This document shows positions 20,144-32,040 of a DNA stretch of 40,970 nucleotides, piece by piece. Positions within the stretch are counted from its first letter, which is position 1. Each line of letters opens with the position of its first letter. Made by a program: the position numbers and the translations under genes. Under the pieces are notes generated by a model. It saw only the letters and a list, made by a program, of their open reading frames with translations. It searched no databases and was not told the origin of the DNA. The stretch is from Jimgerdemannia flammicorona (lineage: Eukaryota), in the NCBI GenBank assembly GCA_003990765.1, contig RBNJ01000115.1, positions 1-40,970 on the forward strand. The letters are read 5' to 3'.

Positions 20144-23100
20144 AATGATAATATTTCTTTTGGAGTCTTAGATACTGGCCAATTGTTGATCTTCTCAGTT
20201 TTCTTTGGGTCTGTATGGGTTCCTTTTTTTGAGACTATGAATCTAAGGAATTTAAGTTTTTATTTCCCAAAGTAGCATTTCTTTGTATTCAGTCTCAAGT
20301 GGTTTTTGCAGGTGAGCTTGAAGAATTCCTCTAGGTAGTATAGGTATTCTTCGAAATTCACTGAATAGATATTGGAATCATCCAAGTATACAATCAGGCA
20401 GTGGTGGATCAAGGGGGCATAGACTGAATTCATCATCCTCTGAAAAGTGGGGGGTGTATTACAAAGTCCAAAGGGTATTCAGAGATATTCAAACAGTTTT
20501 TCTAGAGCAAGGAAGACTGTCTTTTGAATGTCTTTGGGGTCTATGAAAATCTCATGAAATCCTGCAAAGAGGTCCATACTGCTGAAGTATCTGGCATCTT
20601 GTAACTGGTCCAAAAGGTCATCGATTCTGGGCAAAGGATAGGCATACTTTTTGGTAACTGAATTGAGTTTCCTGTAATCCACACAGAGTCTCCATTCTCC
20701 TTTCTTCAGTACAATAAGTATAGGGCTAGCCCAGGGGCTAGTGGAGGGTTAGATGACTCCATTGTCTAAGAGTTCTTGAATGTGCTCCTTTTGAATATTT
20801 TCAAGTAATGGGGTATTCTATAGGATTTCTGCCAGATGGGTGTTGTATTTCCTGTATTTATGCTGTGGTGATATGATGGATTATATGGCAGGTTGCCATA
20901 ATTGGTTGTGAAGATATCTTGATATTTATTGAGAAGTTCTACTAGTTGTTGTTGTTGTTAAGGTGTCAATTCTTCTCTAATATTGGTGGAAGGCTTTACT
21001 GTCTCCTGGGTTGCAGAGGGGCCTTTCCTTTCTTCTGGGACCTTTTGCCATTTCCCGATAGGTTTAGTTCATAAACTTCCCTATGAGTTCAGTTGAGAAA
21101 AGGCACCAGATGTCCTATGATGATTCCTTTTGGCAAGATGATGGTCTCCCAACTTTGGTTGGTTGCTTGGGAGTGTACTGGGTTCATCTTGTCAGGGAAT
21201 GTATGTCCCTCTATGTCCAGATGGGGAATATCTTTCTTGGGTTCAAAGAAAAGGTTTCTGGGGTTGGGTGGTGCAAAGATTTTGAGGGTTGTTTGTTCTC
21301 CAGGCTCTAGGATAAGATTCTTGTGCAATCTGACTAGTTGCCAGTATACTTGCTGGGGAACATTTCTCTTGAGGTAGTTAACTTGAAGGAGGTGTACTTC
21401 CTTCCTGTCTGAACTTCCAAATCCTTTGGCTTGTCTTGTTCCTTCAGTTAGTTCAGAGACTTCTTCCAATTATAGGGTTTTGATCTTCATGAAGACCACT
21501 TGAGCAATCTTCTGTCCTCTAATAATTCAATACTATTCTGTACTACTGTTGTATAGGATGACCTTGATTTTGCCTATATATCCTGAGTCGATGGTTCCTC
21601 CTTCCACAGTTATTCCTTGTCTGGTAAGTCCAGACCTTGAGGTCAGTTAGATATAAGCTTCCTGAGGTGGCTGTATAGCTAATCCAGTTCTGATCATGAA
21701 GGTTTTTCCAGGCTTGATAGATTTATCCTCCAGGCTGTGAAGGTCATATCCTACATCCTCTGGGTGGGCTTTAGTCAGGAATTTGGCCTTGGGATGTAGC
21801 AGGGCATACTGGGTGATATCCTTGCTGAGTTTGGGCTTCCCTAAGGCTGAAGCTCCACTAGCAGAGAGCTTCCAAGCTCTGAGGTTGAGGTGTGGCCATC
21901 TGGCTCCAGTGGAAGGGTCTCGGAGGTAGTTAATTCCTCTTCTTCCTGTAGGGTCTGGGGCTTCCATGAAGTTGGTAGCATCTTCTGCCCATTTTTGGTG
22001 GGTTACATATCTAATGAGAGCTAGGATGTCTTCTTCCAAATTGTAGATCTTGAGGATTCTTCTTTCTGGCTTCTTGGTTTGACTTTTTCGGATCTGGCCC
22101 CTATTATCTCCTCTCTTTAAAGTATGGACTGCAACATCATGACTAAGGTGAATCTTCTGATGTCTGCAGTCTTAGCAGTCAGGGTGTCTTTTATGGTTAC
22201 AATATCTCATTGCTCAGAAATGATCCTGGCTGTTTATCTCCTGTTGTCTTGAGAATCGGTATCCATCTTAGTCATAAGTGTGTGGAAGAGTAGACAAGGG
22301 ATATATTTCTGTCCAGGTAAAGAAGCCTTGCCCCCTGAATCAGCTTTGCAACTTGGTAGTAACTTCTTGAAAAGTAGTTGACTGTGCAAGTGTGTTTGGG
22401 GGTTCTGGTCTCTGAGGTCTCTGTCTTTCCTATTGGTTTAGTAAATGGCACTGATAGCAGTAGTCTCAGGGAGAGTAGAAGACCATTTGGTATGGACATT
22501 TTTCTAGCTAAAAAATCTTTTCTTAGTGAGTTTCTTTCTTGGGGATAATGGTGATTATACTGGGTTCTTCTTCTGTATTCCAAGAGTCATCATCTTCAGG
22601 TAGTATCCAATGAGAATCATTCCAAGGAATGAGTTCAAGGACTTCATCTTCTTCAGGTGCTTCTTGTTCAGGGACTTCTTGATCAGAAGTTTCTTCTTCC
22701 TCAGATGATTCTTGACTCCAAATTGCTTGTACTTCTGCAGCTTCAGTTGCAGGTGTTTCTGAAATATGTCTGCATTTCTTCTTCTTTCTTCTGCATTCTG
22801 GGCAGGTTGTGCCAGGTGATTTCCTTGTTCCCATGATCTTGGAGAAGTGCTCAGGACACTTATATCTCTTGAGGCAGGTAGGGCATCCTTTGGCTTCTCC
22901 TGCAATGGCTCCAATAGTGATAGGGATGGTGTTTTTAGCCTACATATTGTCTTCTGGTCTGTCATCTACCAGGTTAATTTGGGAATTGAGTCTGGGATCA
23001 TTTCCATCTTCAGATTCTTCTTCCTCTTCTGTAGTAGACTCCTCACTGCTGGTATATTCTTTTTGAATAGTGATCTTCTTCTTCTTTGATTGCTCATAGC

Positions 23101-25934
23101 TAGTTATCTTAACTCTGTACTTCTTGCCTTGGTAGTCAAACTTGAGGACTTGTTGACCAATATTGATAACTGCATTCATTTCCTTCATCTGGTTGGTGCT
23201 AAGAATCATATCATAGGTGACAGCTTCAGTGACAACAGCTTTTGAGATAGAAAACTAAATATGTCCAAGAGAGATAGTGATATTTCATACTTCTCCAAGA
23301 GGTTGAGTTCAGGCTCCATCTGCTACTATGATGCTAAGGTTAGATAGTCTATCAATGAGCCATTGGAGGGTGTCTAAGAATTGTTTGGCAATGATACAGA
23401 TAGCTGCTCCTGTGTCTATGAGGATTTTCACTTTTTGTCCTTCAATATCTCCATATAAGTAGGTGCTGACATGTCTTTCGACTGCTTGGACAGAGATAGA
23501 AGCTGGTTCTTGCTGTGGAATTAGAACTCAGCCAGTACTAGACCTGGTGGTTCTCAGCAATTTGTTTCAGACTCCAGCTGGTGTCAGTTGCAAGAACTGC
23601 AGGAGGGGAACTTCCATCTTGGTCTCTTGGATCTTCTGCCAGGCTTCATTGTAGATGTCTCTAGACATGGTCTTTGGGGTGTACTTTTTCTTGGGCTTTG
23701 GGGCAATAGGTTCCCATTCTTCTTGTTCCATTTCTTCATCCTCTAGTAGCAACTCATTTGTTTCAAGAACAAAAGGTGAGGGGGTTCAAGGAGGTGTTTC
23801 TACCTGTTCCTCTTTATGTTCTTCATCTTCTTCTTGAATAATTCTTCTGCTGATATTTCTGGATGGTCTTCCCACAGGTCTCTTCCTTTTCTCTACTGAG
23901 TAGACTGTTTTTTGAGAGGTGATCTTGGTAGGGTATAAGTCTAGATCACTATAGTCTTCACTATTACTTGCTTCCTCAAAATCTTCCATAGGGTGGGCTT
24001 CAGTCTTCTTGTACTAAATGTCATTCCTTCAGTTTGGTGGTTCTGAGTCTCTTTAGTCACTTCTTTTGTTATCATATTCAGTAACATAGTATCCAAATTA
24101 TCCACAGTGGAAGCATTGAACTTGAGCTCTGTCTCAGATAGGATATCTTCTTTTTTCTTACTAATAACTCCTGTTATCTCTGGGTGGATAACCTTGGCTC
24201 CTCTGTGGTGAGTATCCTCTATTATCTTGGTAACTCTGATTTTCACATATGGTGAGTTTTTCAATTTGTCCAACCAGTTAGTCCAATTTGGAGCTGAGGT
24301 CTTGGATTTTATTTCTGTCCTTCTTTCCCTCCTTGACTGGCCTTCTTTCTTCAGATCTTTCTTATCCTTGAAGGAGTCCTTGTAGGGCTTTGACCAGAAT
24401 GTCTTCTATCTCTTCTTTCCTATCATGATCACTCCAGGTAGTTCCTTGTCTGACATCAAAGAATCCTTGGGCAGCATCTACTTACTCTTTGGACCTTCTG
24501 ATGCCTAGGGTGCAAACATGCTGGGCAATGTTTGGGGGAATTCCATTCATGAAGGTCATTGGACTAATGATGTCCTAGTTGGTAGCATTAAACCCAGCAG
24601 CATGCATTCTCTTCTGAATTCTTGTGAAGAAGGCTCTGGGTAATTCTCCAAGATTCATCTTCATTCCCATGATGGATTTCTGAGCCTTGTGGTGAGTTTT
24701 ATTTCCTGTATACTTTTCAATGAGCCAGTAGACCATGGTCTCATATTCTAGCTCATAAGACATTGCTGCTCATATCTGTCTCGCTAGTTCTGAATCTGGG
24801 TTGTTTGCTGTTCGATGGAAAATTCCCCTGACTGGTTCTCTGAGCTGAGCCTTATAGATGGCGATTTTTCTTTCATCTGAGAGATTTCTCAAGACTGCAA
24901 TTCCTTCAATTCCATTAAGGAATTCTCTGGGGTCTTCCTCTAGATATCCTGCAAAGGTTAGCAATGAGGTGGCCATTTCTTTATTACTTTTTTCTGATTC
25001 TGGTTCAGGTTCAGATTCTGATTCTAGTTCACTTTCTGAGCTGTCACTAGAGATAGGGGTGCTTGGGTATCCTGAGGATGGTGTTCTGGACCTTGGATGA
25101 AGTGGAATCAGTCTAGGTATTCTTGTAGGAGCTACTTCTAACTCTGCAAGAAGTTGTGGTAAAAGTTCTATTGGTGAGATTGGTGGAACTAGTATGGGGT
25201 GTCTGGCTGTAAGGTCTTGGGTTTGTGTAATTAGATCTTCTAGTTCTTATGCAAGTTCTCCAAAATCTCTAGCAGGGCTGCCTATATTATCTGGTTGATC
25301 TGATTGGAGATTTCAGGCTGTACTGCCTTCAGGTTGAGAGCCTTCTGATGCTGGATAGTTGGTAAGCCTTGATGTGATTATTTCTCTTCCTGTCCAGATG
25401 CTGGTGATAACTGGTTCTCCTATAGTGACAGAGGTTAGTGTTGTATCAAATGTATCCAGTTTGACTGTGGGTTCTTGTGAGCTGAAAAGTCATGTTGATT
25501 TTGAAATCTTCCCAGTTGAGCCCCCAAATGTAATATGCCTGGCTCAATGGAGACAAATTACAAGGTTGGAGGTTGATGTAGTTTGGCTTGAGCCCCCAGT
25601 TACTTTGTCAAAAAGCAACAAAATGTTCTAAGATTTCTGAGGTCCTTGTTGGTGTTTAGTGGTATAATAGTCAATCTGAATATCTGCAAATAATTTATAT
25701 ATCAATTTCCTAATTGGAACAGTTCTCTGGGTGTAGTAGCAATTTGTGTGTATGAATGGGTTTCCTTCTTGAGTCAACTGGGAATGCCACAATTTGTGTA
25801 GCAAGGCAATTTCCAAAAGTATGCAATTTCTAGGTGATAGTTTTGGTGTGACAATCTCTGTATAGCATGACTAGTGCTTTGAACAAATCAATTTGAATCA
25901 AATCCAGATTCAATTCATCATATGACAGTTTGAT

Positions 25935-26210
25935 CTGAATCTCAAATCCGAAGCCATCTGAATCAACTCAGATTAATCCGAATCATCTCATCCAAATTGC
26001 CTCATCTAAATCACCCATCCGAACTACCCCAATCTGAATCACTCAATCTGAATCACTCAATCTGAATCACTCAATTCAAATCACTCAATCTGAATCACTC
26101 AATCCAAATTCTCCAATTCAAATCCTCCAATTCAAATCCTCCAATTCAAATCCTTCAATCCAAATCCTCATCTGAATCCTTCAACTGAATCCTCCAATTC
26201 AAATTCTCCA
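25935..26210 (+). repeat. Left subterminal tandem array of hAT, ~13-14-bp units (CACTCAATCTGAAT / CCTCCAATTCAAAT)
   Basis: Directly visible. Also at about 33990-34200 and inverted at about 33330-33700. The right end has TCTGGATCAA repeats at about 32245-32305. Confidence 0.85.
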
Positions 26211-26310
26211 TATGACTCATATACTGGACACATCTACAATACAATATATACATACATATACACAATATATATACACGTATACATATGTACATATAAATAT
26301 ACAAACACAC

Positions 26311-28889
26311 ATGTCAACAGATCAGTCTTCAACAGTTCACAGTACTGATGATGCTTCAAGTCAAATATCCCTGATAGTTCCACACCTTCTACACAATCCT
26401 CACTCCAAAATCTAGCAATATTGTGCTAAGATAGGAGATGATGTTGTTTGTAATTATTGCAGGTAAAAAATTAAGATGCACCTATTGACACTTTTGGTTT
26501 GTTTTGACACACACATGATATTGTTTCATCCATCCCCATAAACTGCACCAGCCAGAAGTTCAAAATGCTTAGGGGTATGACTTCAAACAGGAATCAATAC
26601 ATAAAAGACAAGTACTCTGACAAAATCAAAAAGAACACAGAGATAAATAAAATTGACATCCAAGCTATAGTGGGTACATTTATCTGATTGCCCAACCATT
26701 TCTATACCAATAATGCCATTTAATCAAAAATATTTAGCCATACTCTTTGGCAGAATTTCGAAATTAGCTCATTTGCTAGATTGTATATATAGACCAACCA
26801 TTCACAACTATCAAGAGTGATCAATTGCATAGCATCTTTGGCCTCCTCAAGCATGATTTATATTTGCCAAGTGCCAATACTATTCACAAAGATGTCCTGA
26901 AGGCCTATAGGAAGGAGCACAACAATCTCTGCTAGACACTTCAGGTAAAATAAGGGCAGTACCATGACCTTTGCAAGCTGAATTATACATATAAAAGAGC
27001 TCACCAATTTAACCTCACATTCAATAAGCAGAATTTGGCAGGCAAAATTTTGTTTATGATCAACACATGGACATCCCCCAATGCAATTTTGTTTCTGGAC
27101 ATTACCGGTCATTGGATTGACCTCAATTGGTAGCTTAAATCTCTTACCCTTGACTTTGTCAAACTTGCTGGCCCTCATTCTGGAGACAACATTGTAGATG
27201 CTTTTATTAGTTATATCCAGGAGCTTGGGATTACAACTAAGATAAAAAAGGGGGACTTGCCATCAGGTCGGCATTTTGAGGGAGGTCTTAAAACAAACCA
27301 GATTTTATTGATTATTTATTTTCACATAAATTTGCTGACTGAATATTTCAAGTACAGATTTTGGCCATTATGATGGACAATGCTACAAATAACTCAATAT
27401 TTTTCAAAGTTTTAGCAGCCAGCCTCAAACAAGAAAATATGGCCTTTAGTACAGAAAACTGCCATATGCGATGCCAGGCCCATGTACTGAACCTCACTGT
27501 TCAGGACTATCTTATATACATAGACAAAACATCCAAGAGAGGAGGGGCTCTGAGTATAATTTCCAAGCTATGCAATCTGGTTATATTGGTCCAATCATCC
27601 TCACAACAACGAGACAAATTCACTACACAGTGTAGGGCAATCAGTTTAGCCCCAAAAGAGCTTATATTGGACATCTGTATACATTGGAACTCAATATTTA
27701 CAATGATCTAGTGTGCACTGGAGTTTGCTGTAGTATGTATTCTTTTTTTCTTTGGTCAGCTAAAGCAACTTATTTTGGATAATTTATTTAAAAAAAAACA
27801 AAAAAAACCAATAGATTCAACAGTGGCTACCAACAAGAAAATATGGGCCAAGGCTCTAGGTAAAAGTGAGTGGGACATACTTAGGAATGTTATCAGAGTT
27901 TTAGAAGTAAGTGGTGATTGCTCTGACTCCACACTTGTTTTGTCTACCTCCACATAATGCAATACCTCACCACATATAACTGCCAGTGTTTTGATAATTG
28001 TATGAAGGATATAGTCAAACAAACAACCCTGACAATAAGCTCAGCAATATCAGTATATAACCTTCTGATTGACTGGCTAGAGGACAAGCTTGAGAACAGG
28101 CTGGAGAGTTGTGGTGATTTATGGTTGAACCCAGATCAGAGAGACGCCATAGAGGTTGCTTTTAGCAAGCTCAGAAAGTACTACTCCCAAACAGATACTG
28201 CCATATACTCAATTAGTATAGGTATGTTGATATCGGCATATGGCCATTGCCCCTTCCAAAACAGAGAAACCCCCACAAAAGCTCACTCTCTCCTCTTTTT
28301 CAAATAGTGCTAAATCCATGCTTAAAGCTACAATACCATAAAGATCAGGGCTGGGAGCAGCACTTCATTGAGAGAACCAAGCAGGCCATAATCGAAGTGT
28401 AGTAGAAAAACTACGCGCTACCACAAGGTTCCAGCCAAAGTTCAGACAAATATGCTGAGAGATCCCTCCTGTCCTACATTTACTTCAGCAGAAAGAGGAA
28501 GAGGGAGCTGTCAGTAGAAGAGCTGCTGTCAATAGACAAACTTACCATTTATCTTACCAGTGATCATGTGATCCTGCTGGAGGGTACAGAGGTGCTCAAC
28601 TAGTGGAAGGTAGATTGTCAGATGGATATTATCAGGTGGGCATTGGGTCAATTTAACCCACCAATCTAACCACTACTCTATCCACCAGGGTGTGCAGCTG
28701 CATCAAATGGACTTCTCCAGCCTATGTGGTATGGCTCGGAACTACCTGGCAATTTCTGCCTCCAGTACTCCCATCAAGCAGGTGTTCTCAGGTGGGGTGG
28801 ACCTCATTGCCCCAAAGAGGTGTGTACTGAATGCTGAGATAATCTAGGTGTGTATGTGTCTGAAGTCTTAGTGGGGCTCAGGCTGCTAA
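26311..28889 (+). pseudogene. Intron-containing hAT transposase pseudogene
   Basis: BED finger (SKIW..VCNYC / TSN); IDTWTSPN (D intact in copy B); HWID; MDNATNN; RCQAHVLNL; WNS; KLRKYY; dimerisation domain MARNYLAI.ASSTP...VFS. Several GT-AG introns. Confidence 0.9.
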
Positions 28890-29039
28890 AATTCGGTGGG
28901 TCCTGGGGGTTCATGAATAAGTTGGTTGGCCTTATGGAATATTTAATACCTTTCAAAAATAATAAAAAGGTAAAAAACCCTGAGGACTTGGCCCAGAGTT
29001 TGTGGCCCAAGTGGGCAGTGGTCAGCAGGGTTGGCAGTA

Positions 29040-29750
29040 GTAGCAGAGGGAGTACACAGTATTTGCGGCACTTCGCCAGCAGTAAGGGGCAGCCCCAAGC
29101 TGTCAGTGCCCAGGTTGGTGGGTAGGTCAGTGGAGGGAGCACACAAAATTTGCAGTCCTCTGCTGGCAGTAAGGGGCAGCCCCAAGCCACAAGTGTCCTG
29201 GTCAGAGGGGTTGGCAGAGAGAGTATGCAAAACTTATGGTCCTCTGCCAGCAGCAAGAGGCAGCCCTGAGCTATCAGCATCTGGGTTAGTGGGTGAGGTC
29301 AGTCAGCAGGGTTGGTGGGCATAGGGTCGGCAGAGGGAGTGCACAAAATTTGCAGCCCTCCACCAGCAGCAAGGAGCAGCCCTGAGCCATAAGTATCCAG
29401 GACAAGCAGGGCAGGTGGAGGGAGTACACAAAATTTGCAGCCCTCCACTAGCAGCAAGGGGCAGCCTCAAGCTGTCAGCACCCAGATCAGTGGGTGGGGT
29501 CAGTTGGTGGGGTTGGTGGGCATGGGGTCAGTGAGGGAGCATACAAAATTTGTAACCCTCTGCCAGCAGCAAGGGGAAGCCCTGAGCTGTAAGTGTCCGG
29601 GATGGGTGGGACAGGCGGAGGGAGTGCGCAAAATTTGCGGCCCTCTGCCAGTAGTATAGGGGGCAGCTCCAAGCCACTAAGGAGTCTGGGGTGGAGGGTA
29701 CTTCTGGCAGTTGGAGGGTGCTTCTGGCAGTCAGAGGGCATTTCCGGTGG
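29040..29750. repeat. GC-rich array of about seven 85-115-bp units with a palindromic core, followed by 18-bp repeats, between the two hAT genes
   Basis: Core GAGGGAGYRCRCAAAATTTGCRGCCCTCTGCCAGCAGCAAGGGGCAGCCC recurs. The same array is in copy B at about 37055-37800. Confidence 0.85.
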
Positions 29751-29997
29751 TTGAAGTCCACTATAGATTTGAGCCCCATCACTGGTTTGGGTCCTATGGG
29801 TGCCCTGGCCCTGCACCACAGCACCGCACTGGTGGCACTGCAGAGCAGGGCCAAGGGGCCAGTAGGGCCCTGCATAATGGCTAAGCTAGTGCTACAGAAG
29901 AGGCACCTGGTCCAACCCCCCACATAAGACTGCTCAATCCATACAAAATGACTGCTTAACCCTCATGAAAGACTGTCTATCCCTCATGAAAGATTGC

Positions 29998-32040
29998 CTA
30001 ACTCTCACAAAAACTGCTCCACCTATCAGTCACAGGCCTTGATGAGCCTATCATCCATTGTGAGTATGACAACTGTTGTATCTGAGCTCTCCTCAAAGGC
30101 GATGGTACTGTGGTGGTCATGTGGTTGGAAGAAGATGACCATGTTGGCTGCAAACAGGATCTCGAAACTGTAGGTGAGGTCATACCAGACTTCACTGCTA
30201 TTCTCTCAGGTTGGGCCCTTCCTTTCTGGAACATAAAACATTACCAGGGTGACATTGTTATCTGTGTGTATGGGCAGAGAAAGGTTGCACCTGACATATT
30301 CTGATGTGACATGAGCATATGATTGAGTGAACCCTTGGCCCAGAACCTCATACTGCTAGGCTGTACTGATGGATGCCTGCCCTTGGTCCAGCCCCAGGAG
30401 CCCCAGCTTAGAAACCTGTCAAAATGGATGGCAACCAGTTAGTCCTTTTTGCATTCAGGGAGGCAGAAACCCCCTGGGCCGCAGAAACCCCCCAGGCTGC
30501 AGCACTTCAAAAAAGTGGAGCTCCTCACCTCATATGGCATGCTAAATTGTGCCAAGAATGTATGTACAGCACTGAGATCACCACCAAGCTGGCCTGCCAT
30601 ACACTCTACCAATCTGCTCAAAGAACTCCAGATCATAGCCGCCATCGCCACACAGGCTATGTCATGCTCATGTGCAGTTTGCTCTTCAATAGCACTTCTA
30701 AAGTTCCAGTAGGGGTATAGAATCTTGTATATCTCTGGATTTGTATCAAAAAGAGTATGTCAGTGAAGAGTGTGATTTATCTGGGGAGGAGTAAAAAAAA
30801 AGAGAGACGAGTGTGGGGGATTTCAGAACTCCAGAACCCACTCTTCGCCAGTATTGCAGTATACCCAATTTCCATCCAAACCCCCCCTCCTTGCTTTTTT
30901 CACCCCCTCTTTCCTGCCACCCAGTATTTGACACAATTCTCACAAATCTCATTGATGTGACAGTGAAGCTCATCACTGTAGAGGTTCCTTACTACCATCA
31001 CAACTACCTCTCTGCATTCATTAATAAAGATATGGTTCTCTTTATCATTGGTTACTTCTGCTGGCCAATGGACCCCTTGGTTGAGAATGATTAGCTTTGA
31101 TTTAAATGTAGACCCCCAAGCCTTGATAATGATATTGGTACTGCTTATGCTAAACATCTTGTCCTTGAACTTCTCTATTTGATCAGACCCCAGATATGGT
31201 TGAACTTAGGTAACTTTGAACTCTCCTTTTCAATGGAACTGAGCCCTGATCTGAGGGACTGAGATAAGTGTACAGATGGATTGCATGCAGATAGGTTGTG
31301 TGTGGATGGGTTGTATGCAGACAGATTGCATGTGGATGGGTTGCATGTGGATGGGTTACATGCAGGCAGGTTGCATGCAGGTGTGGGTGTTTTTTAGGGG
31401 GAGACTACATAAAAAATGAAATTAAATAAAACATGGAGATGGGTATTTCAGAAAAAGAGCATGAGTGAGTGAGTGAGTGAGTGAGCTGTATGCTGACAAG
31501 TTGCATGCTGACAAGTTGCACAAGTTGCACAAGATTGCTCATAAAGGCTTGCTTCTATTTCTTTTGAGATCTCTGCCACACAATGCATTGACTCAATAGC
31601 TCAGCCACCAAAGGTATACCCTACAACATCCTCCAACCTTTCTTCATCTTGATCAGATGTTGCGAATAAAGTCGGTAGATCTCACCATAGAGCTGTAGAC
31701 CCTAAGAAGAGCATGAAGTGAATCAGGTCATACTGGGGGAATTTAAACAAGTAAAAAGTAGTGGTAGAAAAGAGCAACCTACATCTACTATCGGCTGCTC
31801 TAAAAAGGCTGCCATATACATAGCTGTGAGATTTGTGAATTCCGAGGTCCAAAGGGCCACTATGAGTTGTTGTTGGAATTCACCCTCATCCCTGCTATTG
31901 TCATTGCCATCACCATCACCACTGCTGTCACCCCTTTGGCTCTCGATGAGCAGCTTGTATGCTGCCCATATGAGAAAGAATCTAACATTGTCAGTAGAGA
32001 GTATGTTTCTACCTTGAATACTCCTTCTTTTGACAATCAT
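29998..32040 (-). pseudogene. Multi-exon cargo gene of hAT-A; putative TET/JBP-like Fe(II)-dependent dioxygenase
   Basis: Inferred exons 31250-30842, 30734-30529 and 30415 to about 30008, with GT-AG introns, plus upstream exons to about 32040. HTD at 30268-30260 in YVRCNLSLPIHTDNN; distal HH at 30115-30110. Confidence 0.65.

Noticed and set aside
25935-26210. Short regular repeats suggestive of a CRISPR array or telomere
   Set aside because: Head-to-tail units without unique spacers, located just inside hAT TIRs: these are subterminal repeats.
29040-29670. Palindromic repeats with variable linkers as a CRISPR-like array
   Set aside because: Linkers are related to one another, the context is eukaryotic, there are no cas genes, and the array is internal to a hAT. 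Track ORFs across it are repeat artefacts.
29810-29910. GATA-like zinc finger (CLFCSTS...GPTGP..LC) on the minus strand
   Set aside because: Spacing and the fourth Cys do not fit, and the first CxxC overlaps a probable splice acceptor. The true last exon of the cargo gene could not be resolved.
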